From: an uncultured Gammaproteobacteria bacterium
GTDB taxonomy: Bacteria > Patescibacteriota > Microgenomatia > UBA10105 > UBA927
Reading direction: 5' to 3'
NCBI GenBank assembly: GCA_964573695.1
Contig: CAZNKB010000001.1
Location: forward strand, 231-64,230
Length of the DNA stretch: 64,000 bases
The notes beneath the pieces were generated by a model, which worked only from the letters and a program-made list of their open reading frames with translations, was not told the DNA's origin and made no database searches. The position numbers and the translations under genes are program-made. This document shows, in pieces, positions 1-9,471 of the stretch; the first letter of the stretch is position 1; each line of letters begins with the position of its first letter.

Positions 1-411
1 GTCGCGGAAAAGGCACAACTGGAAGCCAAACGGCCGGAAGCCGTTGACCACCTCAAAAAATCGCGTGAGATGGGCGACTTATCCGAAAACGGATATTACA
101 AAGCCTCCCGGCAACAGCTAAATTTTATCGACGGCAGATTGCGCCGGATAACACGGCTTATTAAGCTCGCCAAAATCGTCACATCTGTGAGTGACGGCAC
201 AGTACAAATAGGAAGCACGGTCAAACTCAAAGACGCTGATAACGAATATGAATATACCCTCGTAGGCGGGTACGAATCCGATCCGGCGCAAAAGACTATT
301 TCCCATATCTCCCCGCTTGGAAAAGCTCTCATGGGCAAAAAGAAAAACGACGTGATAGAAGTAATTGCTCCCTCTGGGGCAAAAACTTATACGGTTGTAG
401 ATATCTCATAA
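1..411 (+). CDS. greA: Transcription elongation factor GreA (5' partial; C-terminal FKBP-like domain)
   Basis: Frame reads ...GDLSENGYYKASRQQ...IGSTVKL..GYESDP..ISHISPLGKALMGKK, the typical GreA C-terminal half. The ORF runs to the window edge. Confidence 0.8.
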   Translation, partial: VAEKAQLEAKRPEAVDHLKKSREMGDLSENGYYKASRQQLNFIDGRLRRITRLIKLAKIVTSVSDGTVQIGSTVKLKDADNEYEYTLVGGYESDPAQKTISHISPLGKALMGKKKNDVIEVIAPSGAKTYTVVDIS

Positions 412-412
412 T

Positions 413-901
413 CTACTCAATCGGCCGCTCCCAATCGAGAACATCAACATGTGTGATACGCGCATGCACCCGAAGCGGCGCGAATTCATTCGCTACCACA
501 TCAAACGGCAGCAGAATCCTTTTTGATCTGCCATTGGGATAGCGTCTGGGTATTTCGGCAAATGAAAGGGTTTCTTTCCCCAATACGCTGCCCATAGTTT
601 TGAGCATGGATACGGACAAAACATCGCCATACAGATCCGTGGCTTCCTCCATTTTTGCTGCAACGACAAACAAAGAAAACAACCGGCGCCCTATGCCGTT
701 TCTTCGGAGTGTGTCGGCGACACTGAAGCTCTCTACAAATGCCTCGCGTCTCTTTCCGTATCTCGACACGACGCCTCGTATGCCGCAATCGTACGGCAGG
801 GTAATTTCGAAATACGGTGCGCCTACCCGGGACAACCGTCCAGGGGATTGGCGTATATGCTTTATTTGAGTAGCGACATCGGGAATTACCTCTGTAATCA
901 T
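413..901 (-). CDS. GNAT family N-acetyltransferase
   Basis: 162 aa with an acetyl-CoA binding-like motif (RRNGIGRRLF) and GNAT-fold length. Confidence 0.55.
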   Translation of the reverse strand: MITEVIPDVATQIKHIRQSPGRLSRVGAPYFEITLPYDCGIRGVVSRYGKRREAFVESFSVADTLRRNGIGRRLFSLFVVAAKMEEATDLYGDVLSVSMLKTMGSVLGKETLSFAEIPRRYPNGRSKRILLPFDVVANEFAPLRVHARITHVDVLDWERPIE

Positions 902-960
902 AATTGCCTGGAATTATACAACGAAAAACAACTCACTCGAGGGCGAGGGGGCACATGCTT

Positions 961-1497
961 CTATTTTTCCATGAGGGCCAAGATTTTTTGTGTCGTATTA
1001 TAGTTTCGCATCGTCATGTCCTGATAGATTTTCTTGCCGATCATCTTCGTAAACCCGCTCTTGGTAAGAGCGGATATACTCGTCGACATATATAGCACGT
1101 TACGGCCGACGTGAAGAGCATCCACACCTGGCTTCACCGGCACTTCTTCGGCTGCCGCGGTAGCTGTCATAGGGGGAATAACAAAAGCCACGTATTTCCT
1201 TACCTCCCCACCGTCTTTCCAAACAGCCGGAGAATCATTTACCACCTCCTGCATTTCTTTCAGGGAAAGGACGACAACGCGTGACGTTATGTGAAATGTT
1301 TTGAGGATTGTTTCCTCAATAATTTTTGCCATTTTCCTCTGGTCAATTGTGACTGATTCAAACAGAACATTCCCGCTTGCGATAAACGTAGATACTTTTT
1401 GGAACCCTGCTTTTTCTATGGCAAGGGCAAGGTTTGCCATTTTTATAAGGCTTTTGCCTCCGACATTAATCCCCCGCAGCAACGCGACGTATTTCAT
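961..1497 (-). CDS. DUF1697 family protein
   Basis: N-terminus MKYVALLRGINVGG...SGNVLF is the DUF1697 signature. Confidence 0.7.
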   Translation of the reverse strand: MKYVALLRGINVGGKSLIKMANLALAIEKAGFQKVSTFIASGNVLFESVTIDQRKMAKIIEETILKTFHITSRVVVLSLKEMQEVVNDSPAVWKDGGEVRKYVAFVIPPMTATAAAEEVPVKPGVDALHVGRNVLYMSTSISALTKSGFTKMIGKKIYQDMTMRNYNTTQKILALMEK

Positions 1498-1556
1498 AGG
1501 GATACTATATCATGATCGTGATCTTCACGATTACGTTATAATCCAATTATTCAGGT

Positions 1557-2723
1557 ATGCATAAAAATATCAGATTACTTTCCTGGTTTAATTTTTTTAC
1601 CGATTTCGTATTTTTCGCTCCGGTAGCGATTATTTATTTTGCGCAAATCACCGGCTCGTATGCCGTCGGCATGAGTGTTTTTTCTATCGCGTATCTATCG
1701 TCTGCGGCCTTTGAAGTACCGACGGGCATCATATCTGACATCATCGGCCGCAAAAAAACAGTTATTTCGGGAGCCCTTGCCTCATGTGCGTGCGTTATCC
1801 TTTATGCGCTCGCCAACAACTTCTGGATGCTTGCCCTTGGAGCGCTTATGCAGGGAATTTCCCGATCGTTTTATAGCGGGAACAACGATGCGCTTCTTCA
1901 CGATACATTGAAAGAATCGGGAAACGAACACAAGTATCACGAATACCTGGGGCGCACTAGCGCCATGTTTCAGGTAGCGCTGGCGATCGCTGCTACAACC
2001 GGCAGTATTATGGCGGCGAATTCATTTACACTCGTGATGTGGGCATCCGTACTTCCACAACTCATAGCGCTTATCATCGCGTTCCAACTTTACGAGCCTT
2101 CCGTTGCCTCCCCCCGAAATACAAATATTTACCGGCACCTCAGGGAGTCGCTTGGTGAATTCCGGAAGAATTACAAACTCCGATTGCTGACAACCGCGTC
2201 GGTATTGCGTTTCGGACTAGGGGAGTCAACGTTTTTCCTCCGGTCGACGTTTATCAATGGTCTATGGCCGATCTGGGCGATCGGCATTTCTTATTCGTTT
2301 TCCCATATAAGCGGTGCACTTAGCTACTATTACAGCGGACGCGTCATAGACAAACATAAACCGTTGCGGGTACTGAATTTCGAAATACTCTTTAACCGGA
2401 CTATCAATTTTGTAGCCCTCCTTTTCCCCACAGTTGTGTCACCGGCGCTTATGTCCCTCAGTTCATTAACGTACGGAGTCGGATCCGTCGCGATGAACGC
2501 ATTGTTGCAACGAGAATTTACCCAGAATCAGCGCGCGACAATGAGCTCGTTGGCATCTTTTGCAGGGAGCATCGCGTTCGGATTTTTTGCCTGGATTATG
2601 GGAGCTATTGCTGACTACTACGACCCCAGAACGGCTATGATCGTAGCACACCTCTTGCTACTCTCCCCTTTGTTATTTTATCGGTTGGTATTTCATCACG
2701 ATAACAAAGACGTGTCGCTGTAG
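1557..2723 (+). CDS. MFS-type transporter
   Basis: 388 aa with ~12 predicted hydrophobic helices and a GRKK-type loop after TM2. Confidence 0.65.
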   Translation: MHKNIRLLSWFNFFTDFVFFAPVAIIYFAQITGSYAVGMSVFSIAYLSSAAFEVPTGIISDIIGRKKTVISGALASCACVILYALANNFWMLALGALMQGISRSFYSGNNDALLHDTLKESGNEHKYHEYLGRTSAMFQVALAIAATTGSIMAANSFTLVMWASVLPQLIALIIAFQLYEPSVASPRNTNIYRHLRESLGEFRKNYKLRLLTTASVLRFGLGESTFFLRSTFINGLWPIWAIGISYSFSHISGALSYYYSGRVIDKHKPLRVLNFEILFNRTINFVALLFPTVVSPALMSLSSLTYGVGSVAMNALLQREFTQNQRATMSSLASFAGSIAFGFFAWIMGAIADYYDPRTAMIVAHLLLLSPLLFYRLVFHHDNKDVSL

Positions 2724-2724
2724 C

Positions 2725-3465
2725 TTACTGGGGAATGGCCACTTCTAATCGGATTTTCCGGTAGGTAATCGTTCCGATAACAGGATCTTCTTCATCGAAA
2801 TTTTCCGGCGACTCTTCCCTGCTTCCATAATCTTTTTGCCGTGCTACTTCCTCCAGTATCAGCCTTTGCGATTCGTTTACCTCATGGTCTCCAGTGTTGA
2901 GTCTAAATACTTCTATGCCGCGGCTTTCCAAGTCGGCAAGCAACCTATCCCAGTACGGCTGCAGTTCATGTGGATCGTGCGCCACAAGCCCGTCACGCTT
3001 CATGGCGCGGTTTTTGATCGTGTCGTCGTTCGCATACAGATATACGACCAAATCCGGCTTGGGAAATGTAGACAAATGGTGGTCATATAACCACTGGAGA
3101 TACGTGAACTGATCATCGCTGATCAAGCCCTGATCATGAAGATATCTATTGTATATATCTGTTGCCAATACGCCGCTTTCCCGAAAGTGCGGATCAGTAA
3201 GACCTTCGGCTTTTGTATCTAGAATCTCTAACTGCATGAGCTGTGTCGTTTTGTGGAGCTGATTTTGAAAGGCGAATTTCTTAGGATTTTCCAAAAACAG
3301 GGGAAATACCGGATTGTCGGGCTCGGTGTGCACGGAAAATCCTTTATCCTGAAGGGCGCCCAGAAGCGTTGATTTACCGGAACACGCAGCACCAATGATT
3401 GTTATTTGAAATCTGGGGTTCGGTTCTACTTCTTTGTTCTCAGCAACTATTGATCTTTCTCTCAT
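2725..3465 (-). CDS. Deoxynucleoside kinase (dCK/dGK family)
   Basis: P-loop IIGAACSGKSTL plus ...ENP..F.FQ... and LYAND motifs. The track ORF is over-extended at the N-terminus; ATG at 3465 chosen. Confidence 0.7.
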   Translation of the reverse strand: MRERSIVAENKEVEPNPRFQITIIGAACSGKSTLLGALQDKGFSVHTEPDNPVFPLFLENPKKFAFQNQLHKTTQLMQLEILDTKAEGLTDPHFRESGVLATDIYNRYLHDQGLISDDQFTYLQWLYDHHLSTFPKPDLVVYLYANDDTIKNRAMKRDGLVAHDPHELQPYWDRLLADLESRGIEVFRLNTGDHEVNESQRLILEEVARQKDYGSREESPENFDEEDPVIGTITYRKIRLEVAIPQ

Positions 3466-3563
3466 CGTTATTATCCTGGGGCAGGTTTGTATCACTATAC
3501 TACTATTTGACCGTTTGTAAAATACCTTTCTTTCATACGTAGGGCGTTTGCTATAATGAACCA

Positions 3564-4415
3564 ATGATACAAGCGCTTATCCTCGATATAGACGGTGTCA
3601 TGGTCGGTGAAAAAATAGGATATAACTCGCCATACCCGCACAAAGATGTCATCAGCCGTCTCTCGAGTATCCGTACGGGAGGGATTCCAATCATTCTTTG
3701 CACTGCCAAACCACATTACTCGATAACACCGATCATTAAATCCGCCCACCTCACCAACCCGCATATCACATTTGCCGGAGGCGTGATCATCGATCCTCTA
3801 CAAAACACTATCGTCGAATCCCATCCGCTGCCCAAACAAACTGCAGAAGACGTCATCACCACATGTATCCAGCATAATTTTTATACCGAAGTATATACGC
3901 TAAGCGCTTACTACATACTCCGATCACAGCGATCAGCGCTTACAGACGTACACACGCACATCCTGCAGCAAGAGCCCGTGCTCCTTGACACACTGGACCC
4001 CATTGCGAAAGAAGAACATATCTACAAAATCCTGCCGGTAGTTCCGAATGAATCCGGCATAGACACGGTCAACAAGGCATTCGCCCCATACACAAACACA
4101 ATAGACATAGCTTGGAGCATCCACCCGATCGCCAATCCACATCAATTTTGTAACGTCGCCCCGGCAGGAGTCTCCAAAGGTCAGGCCGCCCTAAATGTCC
4201 TTTCACACCTCGGCATTGATCCGGCCAACACATTAAGCGTCGGTGATAGCACGAGCGATTGGAAATTCATGGGGCTGTGTGGATTTGTCGCTACGCTTGC
4301 AAACGGGCAGGACCCGCTCAAAAATCTGGTTCGTGAGAAACAGAAAGCCGGATACATCGGTGGGCACGTCGATGAAAACGGCTTACTTTCCATATTCGAT
4401 CATTTTTCACTTTAA
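3564..4415 (+). CDS. HAD-IIB (Cof-type) phosphatase
   Basis: DxD motif (LILDIDGVM), conserved T/K and C-terminal GDSxSD. Confidence 0.65.
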   Translation: MIQALILDIDGVMVGEKIGYNSPYPHKDVISRLSSIRTGGIPIILCTAKPHYSITPIIKSAHLTNPHITFAGGVIIDPLQNTIVESHPLPKQTAEDVITTCIQHNFYTEVYTLSAYYILRSQRSALTDVHTHILQQEPVLLDTLDPIAKEEHIYKILPVVPNESGIDTVNKAFAPYTNTIDIAWSIHPIANPHQFCNVAPAGVSKGQAALNVLSHLGIDPANTLSVGDSTSDWKFMGLCGFVATLANGQDPLKNLVREKQKAGYIGGHVDENGLLSIFDHFSL

Positions 4416-4433
4416 GGACTGTATAATACACTC

Positions 4434-5276
4434 ATGCACTGGCTCATTTTTTCCGCGATAAACGTCGTTGCCATATCGGTATCTTCGCTTTTCCAAAAAC
4501 TGGCAATGAAAAACGAGAAAAGCGATCCGGTCACCTCTACGGCAATTTTCCAATTCCTTTTTGCCCTGTTTGGGGGTGTCGCCGCTCTTATCTCAGGATT
4601 TCACTTGCCGCCGTCGGAATTATTCGTTTATTTCATTTTCTCATCAATTCTATATGCGATAGGAACAACGAGTTTTTTTCGCGCCGCGCAGATCCTCGAA
4701 GCGTCCGAACTCACGGTACTTGGCAGCTTTGGTACCATAGTCACCATCCTCATTTCATTTTTCTTCCTGGGTGAGCGACTATCGACTCCCCAATGGTTGG
4801 GGGCCGCGTTTATACTTACCGGCGTAACGATTGTTTCGTACGAACGGACGGGTATAAAATTTAATTCCGGCGTCATATGGGCTCTGGTCGGAGCATTTTG
4901 TTACGGGCTCGGTGTCACGTTTGATGCGTACATTTTGCGGTTTTATGATGCGCTGTCGTTTATTCCTGTTATATCGACTCTCACCGGAATTGTCGTCCTC
5001 GTCATACATCCCAATAAAATATCCAAATTTTTCGTCGACCTGCGCACGGTAAATAGTAATTTGCGTATCTTTACATTCCTCTATGTCATCGGAGCCATAT
5101 CTTTTTATTATCCTATTAGCCAGGGCATACTGGTCTCACAAATGAGCTCTATCGGGCGCGTTTCCATAATTTTGACTGTGATACTCGCCATGATATTTCT
5201 CAAGGAACGCTTGCATATTGGCAAAAAAATACTAGGTGCTATACTCACAACGATCGGTATCATGCTTATCAAATGA
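4434..5276 (+). CDS. EamA/DMT family transporter
   Basis: 10-TM hydrophobic profile with two EamA-like halves. Confidence 0.6.
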   Translation: MHWLIFSAINVVAISVSSLFQKLAMKNEKSDPVTSTAIFQFLFALFGGVAALISGFHLPPSELFVYFIFSSILYAIGTTSFFRAAQILEASELTVLGSFGTIVTILISFFFLGERLSTPQWLGAAFILTGVTIVSYERTGIKFNSGVIWALVGAFCYGLGVTFDAYILRFYDALSFIPVISTLTGIVVLVIHPNKISKFFVDLRTVNSNLRIFTFLYVIGAISFYYPISQGILVSQMSSIGRVSIILTVILAMIFLKERLHIGKKILGAILTTIGIMLIK

Positions 5277-5277
5277 T

Positions 5278-6114
5278 ATGAAAGATAAATATTCTGCCGT
5301 GTGGGTATCCCACTCATCCATAAGCGACTATCTCAAATGTCCTCGGGCATATTTTTTGCGTAACGTTTACAGAGATCCTAAAACCAACAGAAAAATATCC
5401 GTCATGGAACCTCCCCTCGCCCTTGGTCAGGCAGTTCACGACACCATAGATACTCTATCCAAGCTCCCGGTAGACCAACGGTTTACTACTCCACTCATGG
5501 AGACATTTGAAAAAATATGGGAAAACGTACACGGCCAGAAAGGTGGGTTTACCGACGACGAGCAGGAAGAAAAATTTAAATCGCGCGCCAGGGATATGAT
5601 CACCCGTATTATCGCTCATCCGGGTCCGCTCAAAGAAAAAGCCATAAAAATCCGCCAGGAACTCCCCTACTACTGGTTATCCGAAGAAGATAACATTATT
5701 CTCTGCGGCAAGGTAGACTGGCTGGAATACAAGGACGACTCCGACAGTGTCCGCATCATCGATTTCAAAACAGGAAAATTCGACGAAGATCCGGATTCAC
5801 TACAACTGCCTATCTATTACTTGCTTACGAGCCACACCCAAACAAAACCTATATCAGCTATAAGTTACTGGTATCTTGATCGTGACGATGCTCCAATCGA
5901 CATGCAGTTACCGGATGTGCAAACTTCGGAAAAGAAAATTCTCGATCTCGCCAGAAAAGTGGCGCTCGCCCGTAAACTTGGACACTTCAAGTGCCGAGAG
6001 GGAGAATGCCGCGCCTGCAGGCCATACGAAGCGGTACTCGCGGGCAAAGCGATACACGTCGGCATCAATACGTATGGACAGGATCTGTATATATTACCCA
6101 ACACGGAAAAATAA
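5278..6114 (+). CDS. Cas4/RecB-like PD-(D/E)XK nuclease with Fe-S cysteine cluster (DUF83-like)
   Basis: N-terminal YLKCPRAYF; D...IDFKTGK (D/ExK); QLPIYY (QhxxY); C-terminal C-x4-C-x2-C (CREGECRAC). ATG at 5278 follows the stop of the upstream gene. Confidence 0.65.
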   Translation: MKDKYSAVWVSHSSISDYLKCPRAYFLRNVYRDPKTNRKISVMEPPLALGQAVHDTIDTLSKLPVDQRFTTPLMETFEKIWENVHGQKGGFTDDEQEEKFKSRARDMITRIIAHPGPLKEKAIKIRQELPYYWLSEEDNIILCGKVDWLEYKDDSDSVRIIDFKTGKFDEDPDSLQLPIYYLLTSHTQTKPISAISYWYLDRDDAPIDMQLPDVQTSEKKILDLARKVALARKLGHFKCREGECRACRPYEAVLAGKAIHVGINTYGQDLYILPNTEK

Positions 6115-6123
6115 TCGCATACC

Positions 6124-6588
6124 ATGAACCTTAAGCAACTTATCGACGACTATCTCAAACAGGCAACACTCATGCAGGTCGCCACAACAAACAATGATCA
6201 GCCGTGGGCGTGCAGCGTGTACTTTGCACCAGACCACGCTATGAACCTCTATTGGTTGTCCAAACCGGACAGACGGCACTCGCGAGAGTTAGCAAAAAAT
6301 AAAAAAGTTGCTGGCACCATAGTGCTGCCTCATACGCCGGGAGACAAAGTCCGCGGCATCCAATTTGAGGGAACAGCTAATGAAATAACTGATCCGGCCC
6401 AACTAACCAACGCCATGGAACTTTACGCAAAACGATTTGGTATGCCACAGGAACGCATGAATGCGATCATTTCCCATAAAGACGGTCATTCCTGCTACAG
6501 GGTCATCCCGACTCTCTATGTGTTGTTTGATGAAATCAACTTCCCTGACGCTTCAAGACAGGAATACACACCGACGACAACAATATGA
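6124..6588 (+). CDS. Pyridoxamine 5'-phosphate oxidase-like FMN-binding protein
   Basis: PNPOx-like split-barrel pattern (ATLMQVATTNNDQPWACSVYFAPD...LYWLS). Confidence 0.55.
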   Translation: MNLKQLIDDYLKQATLMQVATTNNDQPWACSVYFAPDHAMNLYWLSKPDRRHSRELAKNKKVAGTIVLPHTPGDKVRGIQFEGTANEITDPAQLTNAMELYAKRFGMPQERMNAIISHKDGHSCYRVIPTLYVLFDEINFPDASRQEYTPTTTI

Positions 6589-6914
6589 ACTTTGAAGACT
6601 TTCAGAAAATCGTGAAGAAAACCTCCATATATCCTCATCAGGGAAACAATGTGGCCTATGTGACGCTGGGACTCGCGGGAGAAGCCGGTGAAGTAGCAGA
6701 CAAAGTGAAAAAACTGATTCGTGATGATGAGGGAATACTGACCCCCGACAAAAAGAAAGAAATGATCAAAGAACTGGGGGATGTCTTGTGGTATCTGACT
6801 GCGTGTGCAAGCGAACTGGGCGTTGACCTCGAAGAGGTCGCAACCCAGAACGCTAAAAAGGTGGAGGACCGGAAATCACGGGGTGTGCTCTCCGGTGAAG
6901 GCGACAACCGGTAA
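6585..6914 (+). CDS. MazG-like nucleotide pyrophosphohydrolase
   Basis: EExGE motif (GLAGEAGEVAD) and second E-rich helix (ELGDVLWYL). Overlaps the previous gene by 4 nt. Confidence 0.7.
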   Translation: MNFEDFQKIVKKTSIYPHQGNNVAYVTLGLAGEAGEVADKVKKLIRDDEGILTPDKKKEMIKELGDVLWYLTACASELGVDLEEVATQNAKKVEDRKSRGVLSGEGDNR

Positions 6915-6916
6915 TA

Positions 6917-7756
6917 CTAATCAGGTAGCGAAACATAACCGTTACGACGCTCAACAAGCCCATCCCGGATAAGGCCTTCGACAATTCCTGCGAAAAAAAC
7001 GCGCTCCTTGCTATACTGATTCATAAAGTCCGTTATCAGTTTTTTCTCATTTAGCCTACCCAATCGCAGCAAATCGACTATTCTGCCCCTATAGTACCTA
7101 TCGGAATCCTTAAACGGTTTTTGCTTTTTGACCAGGCGCATGGTTTTCTTTTGTTTTGTCATCGCGAGCGCACCGTAATCCATAAGTGCTTGGTGCCACT
7201 CCCAGGACTTACCCTTGGGCACGAGCTGATCTGCCACTGTTTGAATCGTTTTTTCCTTCTGTGTCCTACCAGAAAAGAAAAAGTGAGTAATTATCTGGCG
7301 TATGTTCGTGTCCACCATGGCGACATTCATGCCATAAGCGAATACCATAAGTGCTCGAGCAGTATATGTCCCCACACCCGGGAGTTTGGTAAGCAATACT
7401 TCATCTTTTGGAAATTTATCATGATAGGAAGCTACGACTACTTCCGCGGTCTTCCTGAGGTACAAGGCCCTGCGGTTATACCCCATGCCTTTCCAAATTT
7501 TGAGGACACGCGCCGGACTGGCTTTTGCTAGTACGCGGATATCGGGAAACGCTTCGATGAACTCCGTATACTTCGGGATTACCCGAATTACCTGCGTTTG
7601 TTGCAGCATCACTTCCGAAACCAGAATCTTATATGGATCACGCGTATGTCTCCATGGTAAATCGCGTCTGTTTTCGCTCCACCAGGCAAAGATATGCGTC
7701 TCAAACGCGCGCACCTTTTGCCTAGACAGTTTCATGTGGTTCATTCTATCACACAA
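6917..7756 (-). CDS. HhH-GPD DNA glycosylase (MutY/EndoIII-like core, no Fe-S cysteine motif)
   Basis: LPWR..DPYKILVSEVMLQQTQV and helix-hairpin-helix GVGxY present. No C-x6-C-x2-C-x5-C cluster at the C-terminus. The true start may be the internal ATG near 7735. Confidence 0.65.
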   Translation of the reverse strand: MCDRMNHMKLSRQKVRAFETHIFAWWSENRRDLPWRHTRDPYKILVSEVMLQQTQVIRVIPKYTEFIEAFPDIRVLAKASPARVLKIWKGMGYNRRALYLRKTAEVVVASYHDKFPKDEVLLTKLPGVGTYTARALMVFAYGMNVAMVDTNIRQIITHFFFSGRTQKEKTIQTVADQLVPKGKSWEWHQALMDYGALAMTKQKKTMRLVKKQKPFKDSDRYYRGRIVDLLRLGRLNEKKLITDFMNQYSKERVFFAGIVEGLIRDGLVERRNGYVSLPD

Positions 7757-7780
7757 AATCCAGCCCTAAAAAAAAGGCTG
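7750..7780 (-). terminator. Intrinsic terminator after the secreted-protein gene (CCAGCC-loop-GGCTGG then U-rich)
   Basis: Minus-strand hairpin CCAGCC/GGCUGG followed by AUUUUGUGUG. Confidence 0.5.
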
Positions 7781-7812
7781 GAGCTTGTTAACAATCTAAA
7801 ATACCGAGTGAG

Positions 7813-8559
7813 TTAGGGATTCGGGGTGGCTGTAACCGCTGCCGAAGGAGCCGGGACACTAAAATCTTTTACATGCGTCACTTCGGTGACTGTATTTAGC
7901 GTCCTGTCCCAAAGTCCTCGCACCCGAACCTTGTGGCCAGCTTTTACCTCCGCCTGTGTCATCGTCTCGCCCTTGCGATTCTCAAACTTGGTGGCTGCCG
8001 AAACGGTAACTGTTTGGTCCGCCCGGTTTTCGCTCTTGGTACTCATGACCCAACCGCCTGACAGGATCGACTTCACCTCGCCGAAAAATACTCCGAATCT
8101 CTTTTGGATCGATACGTTTCGAATGAGTTTGGCGTTTATGGCCGTATGCGTATCGTCAGTCCATTGACCGATGACATTCACTATGTTTCCGACGCTAAAC
8201 TCCGAAAGCTCGGCTTTGCCCCAAAATCTTCGCCTCAATTGCGTTTTGCTGTCGAAATTCACTGTGTAGCTTTTGCCGTCCTTTTCTATCGTGAGTGTCG
8301 TATCGGATTTGGCCGTAATTTTACCGCTGCCGATTGCAGCACGACCGAAACCCAAAAACTGCTTCATCTCACCGGTCTTGGAACTCACGCGGTCCCGGAT
8401 CTGTTCCATGAGGTTTTTTCGTTCTTCACGCACTTCCTGACGGGCTTCCCGAAGATTCTGCCGGGCTTCCTGTACGGATTCTGCGGATACAATGCCGGGT
8501 GACACCAAACCAAAGGACATTACCAATGCTACCGTGGCTATTTTTTGGCTTAACATCAT
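7813..8559 (-). CDS. Secreted hypothetical protein (signal peptide, coiled-coil)
   Basis: N-terminal signal peptide (VSPGIVSA|E) followed by charged heptad repeats. Confidence 0.4.
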   Translation of the reverse strand: MMLSQKIATVALVMSFGLVSPGIVSAESVQEARQNLREARQEVREERKNLMEQIRDRVSSKTGEMKQFLGFGRAAIGSGKITAKSDTTLTIEKDGKSYTVNFDSKTQLRRRFWGKAELSEFSVGNIVNVIGQWTDDTHTAINAKLIRNVSIQKRFGVFFGEVKSILSGGWVMSTKSENRADQTVTVSAATKFENRKGETMTQAEVKAGHKVRVRGLWDRTLNTVTEVTHVKDFSVPAPSAAVTATPNP

Positions 8560-8626
8560 ACGTATACTACCTTTCTATACTGTAGTACGCAGCAGTGACG
8601 CAAAAAGTTTCACTTGGATGCAAATC

Positions 8627-9064
8627 CTAAGGGGTATAGGTAACACTGAGCTCTTTCTCAGAATAGTTTCCTGCTGCGTCGTTTGCTACAACCAGAATAT
8701 AATTATCTCCTTCTTCCAGGGTAATCGTTGCCGAAAAATTCCCCACAGTATCTGCCTTTGTCTCGGTATCGTTTATAAACACCTCTGCTCCTGCAACCGT
8801 TTTACCTTTTACAGTGAGTGAACTATTTGAAACCGTGCTGTTATTTACAGGCAAACTTACCGAAAGCGTAATGCCAGACGACAACACAAGAGCATCTTTA
8901 GTTGTTTCTGCCTTTGAGGGAGTAATTGTTACCTGGGAGGTGTCCGAAGGGACTGCCGTGTCCACCGGAGATGACCCCGTCTGTCTTGTCATGATAGGGC
9001 GCACAACAACAGCAGCTCCTATGATAACTACCACACCCGCTATAAGGGGAATATATTTTTGCAT
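8627..9064 (-). CDS. Membrane-anchored protein with Ig-like/beta-sandwich domain
   Basis: N-terminal TM segment, then a T/S-rich beta region. Confidence 0.35.
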   Translation of the reverse strand: MQKYIPLIAGVVVIIGAAVVVRPIMTRQTGSSPVDTAVPSDTSQVTITPSKAETTKDALVLSSGITLSVSLPVNNSTVSNSSLTVKGKTVAGAEVFINDTETKADTVGNFSATITLEEGDNYILVVANDAAGNYSEKELSVTYTP

Positions 9065-9075
9065 AGTGGCCCTCC

Positions 9076-9471
9076 TTATGTATTGTTACTGTTTTTTTTC
9101 CTCTTTGCAAGCTCTGCGAGACGCCGTTTAACCACGCGCCTCCTATGCCTCGTCACAGCCCATATACCTAGAAGTAAGCATGTCAATACGAATACAGCAA
9201 GGGTTGCTCGCTCGGGCACTTCCTGTAATGCAACTGACAGCGTATCCTGCCAAAATTCAGAAATAATTTCTTTGTCCTCATAGAGGATCTCTAGCACGTC
9301 CCACGTTTGCCTCTCTGCCATAATGGCATACACCCTATACGCGAATATGCCGATGCCTCCGGCTAGTAGTAGTATTGTCGCGGTAAAAATAGTAATCCAC
9401 CGTGTCGAGCGTTCGTGCTCGAAACGGGCAACTTTATCCATTACCGCATGGGAAATATCACGTTGCTTCAT
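9076..9471 (-). CDS. Small membrane protein, possible anti-sigma factor
   Basis: Two TM segments. Overlaps the 3' end of the ECF sigma gene, suggesting translational coupling. Confidence 0.3.
   Translation of the reverse strand: MKQRDISHAVMDKVARFEHERSTRWITIFTATILLLAGGIGIFAYRVYAIMAERQTWDVLEILYEDKEIISEFWQDTLSVALQEVPERATLAVFVLTCLLLGIWAVTRHRRRVVKRRLAELAKRKKNSNNT

Noticed and set aside
7736-7770. Apparent one-base discrepancy between the displayed sequence and the ORF track around the MutY-like start and the end of ORF 7485-7769
   Set aside because: My hand translation gives ..NDHMKLS.., while the track gives MCDRMNHMKLS.., and downstream coordinates are back in register by 7813. The cause is most likely my own miscounting of a homopolymer (TT or the A-run). 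I did not call a frameshift or pseudogene on this basis.
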